From assembly GCA_002952755.1 (NCBI GenBank), contig CP025011.1, positions 570,001 to 602,000 on the forward strand: a stretch of DNA of 32,000 nucleotides. Reading direction: 5' to 3'. Below, piece after piece: positions 24,480-32,000 of this stretch. Numbering within the stretch: position 1 is the stretch's first letter; the number at the start of each line of letters is the position of its first letter. The stretch is from Candidatus Saccharimonadota bacterium. GTDB lineage: Bacteria; Patescibacteriota; Saccharimonadia; Saccharimonadales; UBA4665. A model generated the notes under the pieces. It did no database searches. It was not told the DNA's origin and saw only the letters and a list, made by a program, of their open reading frames with translations. Made by a program: the position numbers and the translations under genes.

Positions 24480-24935
24480 ATGGCCCCAGCGAATCACAAA
24501 TCAGATTTAGAAGTATACGTAGAAAAGATGAGCGTTTTTTTTGGTATGGAGACTCGCATGCCCCATAGTATTGCCCGCGTTCTCAGCCATTTGCTAGTGA
24601 GTGAGCCGCCCTATCAGTCAACCAATCAAATTGCGGCTAGCCTCCAGTTATCTGCCGGTTCAGTTAATAATGCCGTAAACATGCTCTTGCAAGCCGGCCT
24701 CGTGAAACGTGTAACGCTAACCGGCGACCGGCATTACTATTACGAGTCCAATCCCGCAGGTTGGAAGCAAGTCATGCTACTGCGTTTGCAGTCGATACAC
24801 CATGGCGTTGCGCTCGCTGAGGAAGGCATGAAGCTGTCTAAAGATTCTGCGCGGCTCAAGGCTATGTACGATACCTATACCATATTTGAATCAGAAGCTG
24901 AAAAACTTATTGAACGCCTTAACGCTATAGGATAA
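24480..24935 (+). CDS. GbsR/MarR-like winged-helix regulator
   Basis: The ATG is 2 nt after the permease stop. MPHSIARVLSHLLVSEPPYQSTNQIAASLQLSAGSVNNAVNMLLQAGLVKRV matches the GbsR-type pattern. Confidence 0.65.
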   Translation: MAPANHKSDLEVYVEKMSVFFGMETRMPHSIARVLSHLLVSEPPYQSTNQIAASLQLSAGSVNNAVNMLLQAGLVKRVTLTGDRHYYYESNPAGWKQVMLLRLQSIHHGVALAEEGMKLSKDSARLKAMYDTYTIFESEAEKLIERLNAIG

Positions 24936-25040
24936 ATGACGAAGCTTGGTCCGCCCATGCGGGTTGAGCTGTGAAATTATGATTATGGAGAGTAGTTCGG
25001 CTCTTACTAAGAGGCTCGTCGCGTCGACGTAGGGATGTGG

Positions 25041-25379
25041 CTAATCCCGCGGATTCGTGTACCGTTTACCCCCGGCGGTTACACACACCGCAGGGTAACT
25101 TTGCTCAATGTAGCTCCCTTTGGCCTTCGTACAGTCGTCATACTCTTGGACAGTAGCCGAATGTGAGCCTGCCTCGCTATTTGTCGGGATGCAGACAGTA
25201 GGATAGATTTCGTTACTGTTGCCATCATTGGTTTGCTGACAGCCATTATTACCTTGATTATCATTGCGCGAGTTTAACGCATGGTTTGATCGCTTTACAT
25301 GCCACCCGACGGTAATAGCCCCCACGACTACTATAATTATTATGAGACTCGTAACTGCAACTGGACGACGTATTTTCAT
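25041..25379 (-). CDS. Small signal-anchored, Cys-containing hypothetical protein
   Basis: 112 aa. N-terminal TM or signal anchor (VAVTSLIIIIVVVGAITVGW), then an N/G/Q-rich linker and 4 Cys. Confidence 0.4.
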   Translation of the reverse strand: MKIRRPVAVTSLIIIIVVVGAITVGWHVKRSNHALNSRNDNQGNNGCQQTNDGNSNEIYPTVCIPTNSEAGSHSATVQEYDDCTKAKGSYIEQSYPAVCVTAGGKRYTNPRD

Positions 25380-25560
25380 GGGATTATCCTCTGCAGTGTA
25401 TTTAATGGCATAGGCTAGTGTATGTCAATGAACCCTTGTGCTCGCCAGACGCGAAGGGCTTGGAGTTCCATTAAGCTGCTGGTCGTACTGATTTTGCGTA
25501 AATATGGTCTTGAGTCTCAGAAGGTCTCACCCTATTTGATGTTCCATGTGGCTTACGTGT

Positions 25561-26130
25561 TCATTCTGCGGCATGAGTATCCCTCTCGGCATAGCACTTG
25601 AGATTATACAGCTGCCTGCGCATCATGAAGAGATCGGCGGCAGCGAATACTGGGACTGGGCCAGAAAATCGTAGGCGGTCCAGCCAGCTGCGGGTCGGCA
25701 AGTCGATACATACAATAATACGGGAAGACTGAGGGCTGGTAGCGACAACGAGGTACGTAATGGCTTGCCTGCCTGCAATAGCTTGCAGGCGCGGCCTTAC
25801 AGTACCCGTCAAGTGTCGGCCGGGTACAAAGTCGGCAATTTCGAATAACATAAAATGTTGTCCTTTGGCGAGATGCTCAGTGCCGGGCCGGAGCTGAGCT
25901 GGACTGCGTCGTCCGAGGTTGTCAATCCAGTCATAACTGTATGGTGCAAGTTTTAGCTGGCAGATCCACCGAAAGGTCACATCGGCTGGTGCCTGTACGT
26001 TTACCGCCCTTGTAAGACGACAGCGTGGCAGTGGTACATAGGCGTCGCTTGGGTAGGCTGCCATATGTTCTTTTGGTGTGGTGTTCCAGGCAACGAGACG
26101 GGAAATGCGCATCTTATTTAACCCTGCCAT
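25561..26130 (-). CDS. SRPBCC-fold (polyketide cyclase/dehydrase-like) protein
   Basis: APADVTFRWICQLKLAPYSYDWIDNLGRRSP..L.PG...L..GQHF..FEIADFVPGRHL is a pattern recalled from SRPBCC-family proteins. It is the last gene of the MarR-VOC-SRPBCC chain. Confidence 0.5.
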   Translation of the reverse strand: MAGLNKMRISRLVAWNTTPKEHMAAYPSDAYVPLPRCRLTRAVNVQAPADVTFRWICQLKLAPYSYDWIDNLGRRSPAQLRPGTEHLAKGQHFMLFEIADFVPGRHLTGTVRPRLQAIAGRQAITYLVVATSPQSSRIIVCIDLPTRSWLDRLRFSGPVPVFAAADLFMMRRQLYNLKCYAERDTHAAE

Positions 26131-26133
26131 TGC

Positions 26134-26574
26134 CTAGGCGCACCAAAACATCCAGTGTACCCCAAACTGATCGGTGCAGGCACCCAGGTATTCGCCCCAC
26201 GGCATCTCCTGGAGGCTCATGTCTACATGACCGGCTTTCGATAGGGCAGCAAATAGCCTATCTGTTTCTTCGCGGGTGTCAGGCTCAAGATTAATATACA
26301 CGCTATTGCCTTCAACGATCTTATCCGCACCAATGGCCTCGGGCACATCTGATCCCTTTAGCGAGTGGCCGCCTAAAATTGGCATTGAAATATGGAATAC
26401 AAGGTTCTTTTCTTTCTCGGAAAGAGGGGGTTGGTCTGGGCGGCGGGGTATATCTCCAACACGAATAAAGTATCCGCCGTTCTTGAAAAAATCGCTGCTA
26501 AAAACTTCATCATAAAAAATAAAAGCTTTTTCGGTTTTACCGACCAGGGTTAGGTAGGTACTTACTGATGCCAT
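26134..26574 (-). CDS. VOC / glyoxalase-superfamily protein (PhnB-like)
   Basis: An N-terminal YLTLVGKTEKAFIFYDEVF and a C-terminal QEMPWGEYLGACTDQFGVHWMF are typical of the PhnB/3-demethylubiquinone-MTase-like VOC domain. Confidence 0.7.
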   Translation of the reverse strand: MASVSTYLTLVGKTEKAFIFYDEVFSSDFFKNGGYFIRVGDIPRRPDQPPLSEKEKNLVFHISMPILGGHSLKGSDVPEAIGADKIVEGNSVYINLEPDTREETDRLFAALSKAGHVDMSLQEMPWGEYLGACTDQFGVHWMFWCA

Positions 26575-26590
26575 TTGGAAAACTCCTTAC

Positions 26591-27049
26591 TTAATTATTT
26601 TTGTTCTTTAAGCTACCTTCGATAATGTCACCAATGTCGATTAACGCTGTAACGGTGGTGGCCAGCTGTCCTTTATCCACTATCGCTACTACCTTCTTTG
26701 CCCATTCCTCATACGATGCTTCAATATTCGACAGCGTCTCCAAACCTTTTGGCGTAAGTTCTAGTAATTGTGTGCGTCGATCGCTTGGATTGGCTTTATA
26801 CACAGCCAAACCCTCTTTCACCAAAATATCGGCGATACGCTGCACGCTCTGTCTCGCATTCCCCATGTCGCGAGCCATCTGTGCCACCGTACGAGGTTCA
26901 TAGTGGATGCGGCCAAGTACCTGCCAGCGGGCGCTACTCTGGCCAACTGAGGCTGTAATCTGATCGCCGACGCTCGTAAATAAACCCTTCAGCCGAAAAA
27001 CATTCAATGCTAGTGCGCTAAAAGGATCATCTGGCTTTTTCACGGGCAT
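26591..27049 (-). CDS. MarR family transcriptional regulator
   Basis: Internal ATG at 27049 (MPVKKPDDPF...). RWQVLGRIHYEPRTVAQMARDMGNARQSVQRIADILVKEGLAVYKANPSDRRTQLLELTPKG. Confidence 0.8.
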   Translation of the reverse strand: MPVKKPDDPFSALALNVFRLKGLFTSVGDQITASVGQSSARWQVLGRIHYEPRTVAQMARDMGNARQSVQRIADILVKEGLAVYKANPSDRRTQLLELTPKGLETLSNIEASYEEWAKKVVAIVDKGQLATTVTALIDIGDIIEGSLKNKNN

Positions 27050-27370
27050 AGTCAAAATGTAGCAGAATGACAGCGTACTGTCAAATATACTGAACATTAC
27101 ATAGACGAATAACGATAGGCACAACCAGATTGATGTGGGCGACTATGATGAAAAAAATCATACCCCCCGTATGCCAACTAAGTTGCAAGTGGAGGATGCA
27201 TCTTATATTCCTTTTTGGCATAAGCCGGTGCGATATGGTTTTAGATGTTACAGGCAACCAAGTTGAAGTTATTGATAGGCGAAATATAAGCCGGCTTTAC
27301 CGACTTGACACAAATTCCAAGAAAAATTATTCTAATAAAGATATATCTTTATTATTACGGAGATCTTTAC

Positions 27371-27826
27371 ATGCCAACCAAGCGTTTGCCCCTTAATCAA
27401 GCACGGCGCGGAGACATCCGCATTATATTATTAGCCGTTTTAGCCAAGCAGCCCCGCCACGGCTACGGCATCATTCGTCATCTCGAACAGAAAAGTAAGG
27501 GTGCCTGGCGACCTAGCCCTGGTGCTATTTACCCTATGCTTCAGCAACTCGAAGAGGAGGAGCTGGTGATAGGCAAAAGGATAGACAGCAAAATCATCTA
27601 TCGCCTAACAGATAAAGGACAAAAGGAGGTTGAAGCGAGCTCGGTTGAAGGACCGTGGGAGTCAGATGAAGAGATGTTTCGGCATGTAGCCTGGATTAAG
27701 GAAATAACCGCACAGTTAACGCAGAGCTATTTACGATTGATCCAAGTTGCCGATACTGAAACGGTCGAAGCTCTTCGTACACATACAGAAGAGCTATTAG
27801 AACTAATACAAAAGGAGATAAAATAA
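27371..27826 (+). CDS. PadR family transcriptional regulator
   Basis: ATG at 27371 with ACGGAG upstream. IRIILLAVLAKQPRHGYGIIRHLEQKSKGAWRPSPGAIYPMLQQLEEEELV. Confidence 0.85.
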   Translation: MPTKRLPLNQARRGDIRIILLAVLAKQPRHGYGIIRHLEQKSKGAWRPSPGAIYPMLQQLEEEELVIGKRIDSKIIYRLTDKGQKEVEASSVEGPWESDEEMFRHVAWIKEITAQLTQSYLRLIQVADTETVEALRTHTEELLELIQKEIK

Positions 27827-28716
27827 TGACTGCTAAGAAAACTGTTTTAGTTGGTGGCGCTACTGGTCGCCAGGGTGGGGCTGTAGTGAATAGATTACTG
27901 GGCAATGGTCACTCGGTTATCGCTTATGTGCAGAACGCCCAAGCGCCTGCAGCACAGGATCTGCAAAAAAGGGGAGTAACCCTTGCTGTTGGCGATCTTA
28001 ATGATCCCGTAGCACTGAGGGAAGCTGCTGAGCCTGCCGATGCTATTTTCAGCATTACCATACCGTTTGGCCCCCAGGGGCAGGCTGGCGAGATAGATCA
28101 AGGTAAGAATCTGGCCAATGTGGCTGACGAGCTACAGAAACATTTAATCTATTCCTCGATTGCGGGCGCAAAGCCCACGGCAGATTTAAAGGTGGAACAT
28201 GCTAGCAGTAAGCAACAAATTGAGGCCTACCTGGCCACAAAAGAAGGTTTGCGAAGCACGATCATTGCACCGGTCTACCTTATGGAGAATCTGCTCAACT
28301 TTAAATTTAATGGGCTTGAGCGTGGTATATATGCGCAACCGCTATCATCTCACGCAAAGATTAACCAAGTAACGGTTCTGGATATCGCCAGCCTGGCCGT
28401 TTGGGCGATTGAACATCCAGCTACGATGGTAGGTAAACGTATCGAGGTAGCTTCCGATGACATTTCTGGGGAAGAAATCGTACAAATACTAAGTGAAGTA
28501 ATGGGACGTCCAATTAAATATTACCAAACGCCGTTGGAACAAGTGCGCCAAACCGCAGGCAATGAAATCGCTACAATGTACGAGAAGTTTGAAGCGACCC
28601 CATACAAGGTAGATATTGCGGCACTACGCGCAGCATTTCCTCAGATTGATTGGCACACCTTTAAAGAGTGGGCCGAGACGCTTGATTGGAAGAGATTGCT
28701 GCCAGTTCATGGTTGA
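27826..28716 (+). CDS. NmrA-family NAD(P)-binding protein
   Basis: Start overlaps the padR stop (TAATG). KTVLVGGATGRQGGAVVNRLLGNGHSVIAYV Rossmann motif, with length and order typical of NmrA-like proteins. Confidence 0.8.
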   Translation: MTAKKTVLVGGATGRQGGAVVNRLLGNGHSVIAYVQNAQAPAAQDLQKRGVTLAVGDLNDPVALREAAEPADAIFSITIPFGPQGQAGEIDQGKNLANVADELQKHLIYSSIAGAKPTADLKVEHASSKQQIEAYLATKEGLRSTIIAPVYLMENLLNFKFNGLERGIYAQPLSSHAKINQVTVLDIASLAVWAIEHPATMVGKRIEVASDDISGEEIVQILSEVMGRPIKYYQTPLEQVRQTAGNEIATMYEKFEATPYKVDIAALRAAFPQIDWHTFKEWAETLDWKRLLPVHG

Positions 28717-28834
28717 GTGTGAATCCGACGAAGGGAACAACCTGTTGACTGGCTTTATATATACAATCACTCGTGGTTTGTCTTAAAGAGCGGTTTAGAC
28801 CATGGTATACTTAAGCGTAATTAAAGGGCATTTT

Positions 28835-29086
28835 ATGGCCAAAACACCAGCCTCCATCATAGAATTGCCGTCCGCTTCCAACACTGTTTTTGGAGAGCTG
28901 ACACAGAGGGACACAGATACTACCCTCGGAGAGGGTGCGGTCGCAGGCTATTGGGCCACTCGGGTACCTACTGTCTTTGAAAAAGTCGATGGTGTCCTTG
29001 ATGAAAGTAATGACACAAAAATGACTTTTCCTACTGGTGATCCGGGAGACCCCCTTCCAATCCCCCGACCCCGACCCGGACCCTAA
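28835..29086 (+). CDS. Putative graspetide precursor peptide (83 aa)
   Basis: ATG at 28835 with AAGGG as SD, 56 nt upstream of an MdnC/MvdD-type ATP-grasp gene. The C-terminal region DESNDTKMTFPTGDPGDP is rich in Thr/Ser, Asp/Glu and one Lys. The tail is PLPIPRPRPGP. An internal repeat reads TVFGEL / TVFEKV. Confidence 0.55.
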   Translation: MAKTPASIIELPSASNTVFGELTQRDTDTTLGEGAVAGYWATRVPTVFEKVDGVLDESNDTKMTFPTGDPGDPLPIPRPRPGP

Positions 29087-29142
29087 GCCAAGGCCGCCAG
29101 GGCCACGCCCCGACGAGGTTTTTCTGTCCTAGGCTTGTTTTA

Positions 29143-30138
29143 ATGTCAAAGCAGATTTTTGTTTTTTCCGCAGCCCTAGACAAGCCGACCACCGCGCCTG
29201 TTATTGCCCTATTACTGCAGCGAGGCTACGAAGTTTTAGATTACGAAGCCGATAAGGTCGCAAACGGCGAGGCAGGTCTCTCGATTACTATTGGCAATGG
29301 TATCGATGCGCAGATTATCTACAAAGAGAAGTCGGTCTATCCGAGGAGGGTGGCCGCGGCATGGTGCCGTCGGCCAAACCTTTTTGGCCCTATCGCTACA
29401 GGTACTGACCGCGCCACCCGTGGTAGTCTAGATTTAGAGCGTCGTGCATCCCAGCAATTTATTGAGGATAGTATTCCGATTGGCCGTTGGCTCAATAGTC
29501 CGGATGTCCTAAGGCACCAAGAGGCGGATCATAAATTAGGCCAACTCCTCCTTGCTCAAAAGGTTGGCTTTCGGACACCGTTGACTATCGTAGGCAATGA
29601 GTGGAGACCTATTGCCTCTACCCTAGGGCCGGATATAATTTATAAATCATTTTGGGGGCAGCGTATGGGGGCCGACAAGCGACTTATGCTCTTTACGACG
29701 CCACTTAAGAATATGGGGCCCTATTCCCCTCCTATGAGGGGTCTGCCGTATCCAGGAATATGGCAAGATCAGTTACCGAAGCGACGCGAATGGCGTATTA
29801 CTGTCATTGGCGATCAAATATTCGAGGCAGTCATCTATCACAATAAGAGCCACACAAAGGACGACTGGCGACGGCATACCCTAGATGCTGGTATGCACTG
29901 GGAGCGAGGTAGCTTTCCGGCCGAAGAAAAAAAGAAATGTCTTAAATACTGCGAACAGGCACATTTGCGTATGGGGATGTTCGATTTTATTGAGGATTCT
30001 GGAGAAGAGCTGACTTTCCTTGAATGCAATCCGAACGGTCAGTACATGTGGCTTGAAGATGAACTGCACTTACCGTTATCCGAAGCTGTTGCAGATGAGT
30101 TGATACGGATTGCCGAGGGCGGGGCTCACCTTCTCTGA
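29143..30138 (+). CDS. ATP-grasp ribosomal-peptide maturase (MdnC/MvdD microviridin-ligase family)
   Basis: Blocks recalled from microviridin ligases: IFVFSAALDKPTTAPVIALL, VAAAWCRR, HKLGQLLLAQKVGFRTPLTIVGN, LMLFTTPL, EWRITVIGDQIFEAVIY, DWRR, MGMFDFIE...TFLECNPNGQYMWLE and PLSEAVADELI. Confidence 0.8.
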   Translation: MSKQIFVFSAALDKPTTAPVIALLLQRGYEVLDYEADKVANGEAGLSITIGNGIDAQIIYKEKSVYPRRVAAAWCRRPNLFGPIATGTDRATRGSLDLERRASQQFIEDSIPIGRWLNSPDVLRHQEADHKLGQLLLAQKVGFRTPLTIVGNEWRPIASTLGPDIIYKSFWGQRMGADKRLMLFTTPLKNMGPYSPPMRGLPYPGIWQDQLPKRREWRITVIGDQIFEAVIYHNKSHTKDDWRRHTLDAGMHWERGSFPAEEKKKCLKYCEQAHLRMGMFDFIEDSGEELTFLECNPNGQYMWLEDELHLPLSEAVADELIRIAEGGAHLL

Positions 30139-30249
30139 TGTGGCAGGGTGTGGGTCCGTCAACTGGCTCTCCTTGGTCGCAACTCTTATCCTTCTCGCAA
30201 GAAAAAATAGAACAACTTAGCTTTATTTATAATCAAGGAGGGATAATTA

Positions 30250-30597
30250 TTAGTGGTCCGGATGAGATTTGAAGTATGCTTTTAATTTTTCAATGTAAGA
30301 ATTTTTTAAGCGATCCTCTGTAAATGCTTGTTGGTCATGGTTGTAATAAAGCTTGTCGTCTTCATATCGCGGGAAGACATGAACATGAAAACGCCAGACG
30401 TCTTGATCTCCCGCTGGCTCATTATGCTGTCGTTTATTGCCAGAAACCGCACAGCGTAGCTAAATGCCAATAGCTTCGTCAAAATAGAGTAAAGACCGAC
30501 CTTATATTTACAACAGAGATCTAGAGTTAGCAAGGGAGATTGTAGATAAAGGTTGGGTAGGCCCAGGTAATCCTCAGACAACTATTGTTGCAAAGCG
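30250..30597 (-). pseudogene. HIT-family (histidine triad) pseudogene
   Basis: The C-terminal 69 codons are intact and contain NEPAGDQDVWRFHVHVFPRYEDD (HxHxHxx). Upstream in the same frame there are four stops: TAG 30460..30462, TAA 30502..30504, TAA 30508..30510 and TGA 30574..30576. Confidence 0.55.
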
Positions 30598-30650
30598 TAG
30601 CAGTTTTAAATATGATTTAAGCGTAAGTTAAATTCAGTGGAGGGTTTCCT

Positions 30651-32000
30651 GTGGGTGTGTCTGTATTTCGTGTGCCTAAAACCTTTATCAACTCTTTCCT
30701 GCGTGCTGGAAAGCGCCTGTCGGCGCTATTTTTATGCTTTTTCTTTTTGCTAACTTCTACAATACCCACGCTCTCTGCGTATGCAGCTGAACGGCTAGAC
30801 TCACCTCCCAAAGCTCCTATAGATCAAAGCATAACTGCTGCTCATTCTAAAACCCCACCTACAGGCCTCAACACGCCAATGAAAACAGACTATGCACCTG
30901 CTTTGTCGACACTTCAATCTAAGAACAAGTTAGCGGCTGACTATTCTCCTGCAGTTAAGGGAGCGTCATCAGTTTTAGGCATGACGAATAATACAACTCC
31001 GTCAAATAGCAGCGCAGCTGGCCTGCAATCTCCAGTCGTGCCTAAAACAGGTAAGACCGAGGAAATCATTAGCAAGCGAACCGCTAACTCGACTACGACG
31101 AAAAATGAAGACGGTAGCTATACCGTCCGAAAGTACGAAACCTCCAAATTCTACAAGCGGAATAACGACTGGAAAACGATTGACACTAAACTTGTAGAAG
31201 ACACCGACTCTGGTGATGCTGGCAATGTTCTTGGTGATATTTTTGGTAAGGCAGAATCATTATTTAAATCGACAAACACTTACACGGTGAAACAAAACGA
31301 CTGGCTGGCACGCTTTGCTCCGAGCGGCTCCAAGCAAGCCATGGTCCGTATAAAGAAGGGCAATCAGGAGGTTGGCTTCTCGCCGCAAAATGCTAAGGAT
31401 GGCGTTACGCCTATTGTTACAACTGACGATAACGGGGAGCAGACAGTCCATTACTATGATCTCTGGCCGGGCGTAAATCTTGAGTACATAGTCAAAGCGG
31501 ATGAACTCAAGGAAAACATAGTACTCAAAGACAAATTGGCCACAAGTGACTTTGCCTTTAATGTTACCGGCGCGACACTCAAGAAACCGGCAGCGAAGAC
31601 TGAAGTTGCCGGACCTATATACGATATCGATGGTGCATTGGGGAATGAATTTGCAGTAGCGCCCTTGGCTGTCGTGCTAAACGCATTTGGTGTCGAAGAT
31701 GCCGGTCCAGCCTTGCAGCACTCCTACGCGGATGGCGTGTTCAAGATTTCACTAACCCATGACTATGTATCTAATCTTCCGGGTAAGGCATTCCCTTTGG
31801 CAATTGACCCAACATATGTGCACCAAAATCACTTTGGGACACGTGCTGGCGGTAACTACGTAAGTTTTAAAAGTGACGGATACGTGTGCGACGCAACAAT
31901 TTGTAACCCATATTTCGGATCGGTGCTTGACTCTAATTACATATGGCGCAGCTGGCGCAGCATGCTTTTTTCTGACTATAGTGAAGTTAAAGGGCATCAG
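30651..32000 (+). CDS. Large secreted or surface protein, 5' part (open at window end; not in the ORF track)
   Basis: GTG at 30651 has GGAGGG as SD 6 nt upstream. 450 codons run to the window edge with no stop. Signal peptide: KRLSALFLCFFFLLTSTIPTLSAYA. Later blocks (YYDLWPGVNLEYIVKADELKENIVLKD, FPLAIDP) resemble N-terminal modules of very large RHS/DNRLRE-type wall-associated proteins. Confidence 0.7.
   Translation, partial: MGVSVFRVPKTFINSFLRAGKRLSALFLCFFFLLTSTIPTLSAYAAERLDSPPKAPIDQSITAAHSKTPPTGLNTPMKTDYAPALSTLQSKNKLAADYSPAVKGASSVLGMTNNTTPSNSSAAGLQSPVVPKTGKTEEIISKRTANSTTTKNEDGSYTVRKYETSKFYKRNNDWKTIDTKLVEDTDSGDAGNVLGDIFGKAESLFKSTNTYTVKQNDWLARFAPSGSKQAMVRIKKGNQEVGFSPQNAKDGVTPIVTTDDNGEQTVHYYDLWPGVNLEYIVKADELKENIVLKDKLATSDFAFNVTGATLKKPAAKTEVAGPIYDIDGALGNEFAVAPLAVVLNAFGVEDAGPALQHSYADGVFKISLTHDYVSNLPGKAFPLAIDPTYVHQNHFGTRAGGNYVSFKSDGYVCDATICNPYFGSVLDSNYIWRSWRSMLFSDYSEVKGHQ

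Noticed and set aside
30306-30581. Listed 91-aa ORF on the minus strand
   Set aside because: It is off-frame relative to the recognisable HIT motif in the same DNA. Its product has no features and no SD. It is an artefact of the decayed HIT pseudogene.

Overview
This window reads as an accessory, variable stretch of a bacterial chromosome. The organism cannot be determined from sequence alone. The standard genetic code applies, since TAA, TAG and TGA all terminate well-supported genes. I support about 45 protein genes or pseudogenes and find no rRNA, tRNA or CRISPR array. All protein calls come from motif recognition by eye, with no database search. The content is dominated by small ligand-responsive regulators (2x MarR, TetR, PadR, GbsR-like, Crp/Fnr) paired with detoxification or stress genes. 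Main points, in order of interest: (1) A 9,176-bp IS1595-family cargo transposon at 10990..20165 has perfect 27-bp terminal inverted repeats and a perfect 8-bp target-site duplication (TTAAAGAT). It carries one transposase, a same-strand chain of general-stress genes (KGG-repeat x2, SPW, YflT-like, ChaB, GlsB/YmgE, YdaD-like SDR), a frameshifted orphan Ku, a divergent Crp/Fnr regulator and a nested decayed IS3 element. (2) A compact two-gene graspetide (omega-ester RiPP) locus at 28835..30138 has an MdnC/MvdD-type ATP-grasp ligase preceded by an 83-aa precursor. The precursor has a microviridin-like T/K/D core and a PRPRP proline-rich tail. (3) A TetR-linked split PEP-utilising (dikinase-type) pair lies at 4085..6032, with tandem palindromic operators upstream of tetR. 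(4) A stand-alone ThrRS at 9451..10785 lacks the N-terminal TGS and editing domains and has a structured, attenuator-like leader. The transposon inserted at its promoter. (5) Three genes are missing from the ORF track: two small RBS-supported genes and a GTG-initiated, open-ended large secreted protein at the 3' edge. There is also a decayed HIT pseudogene.
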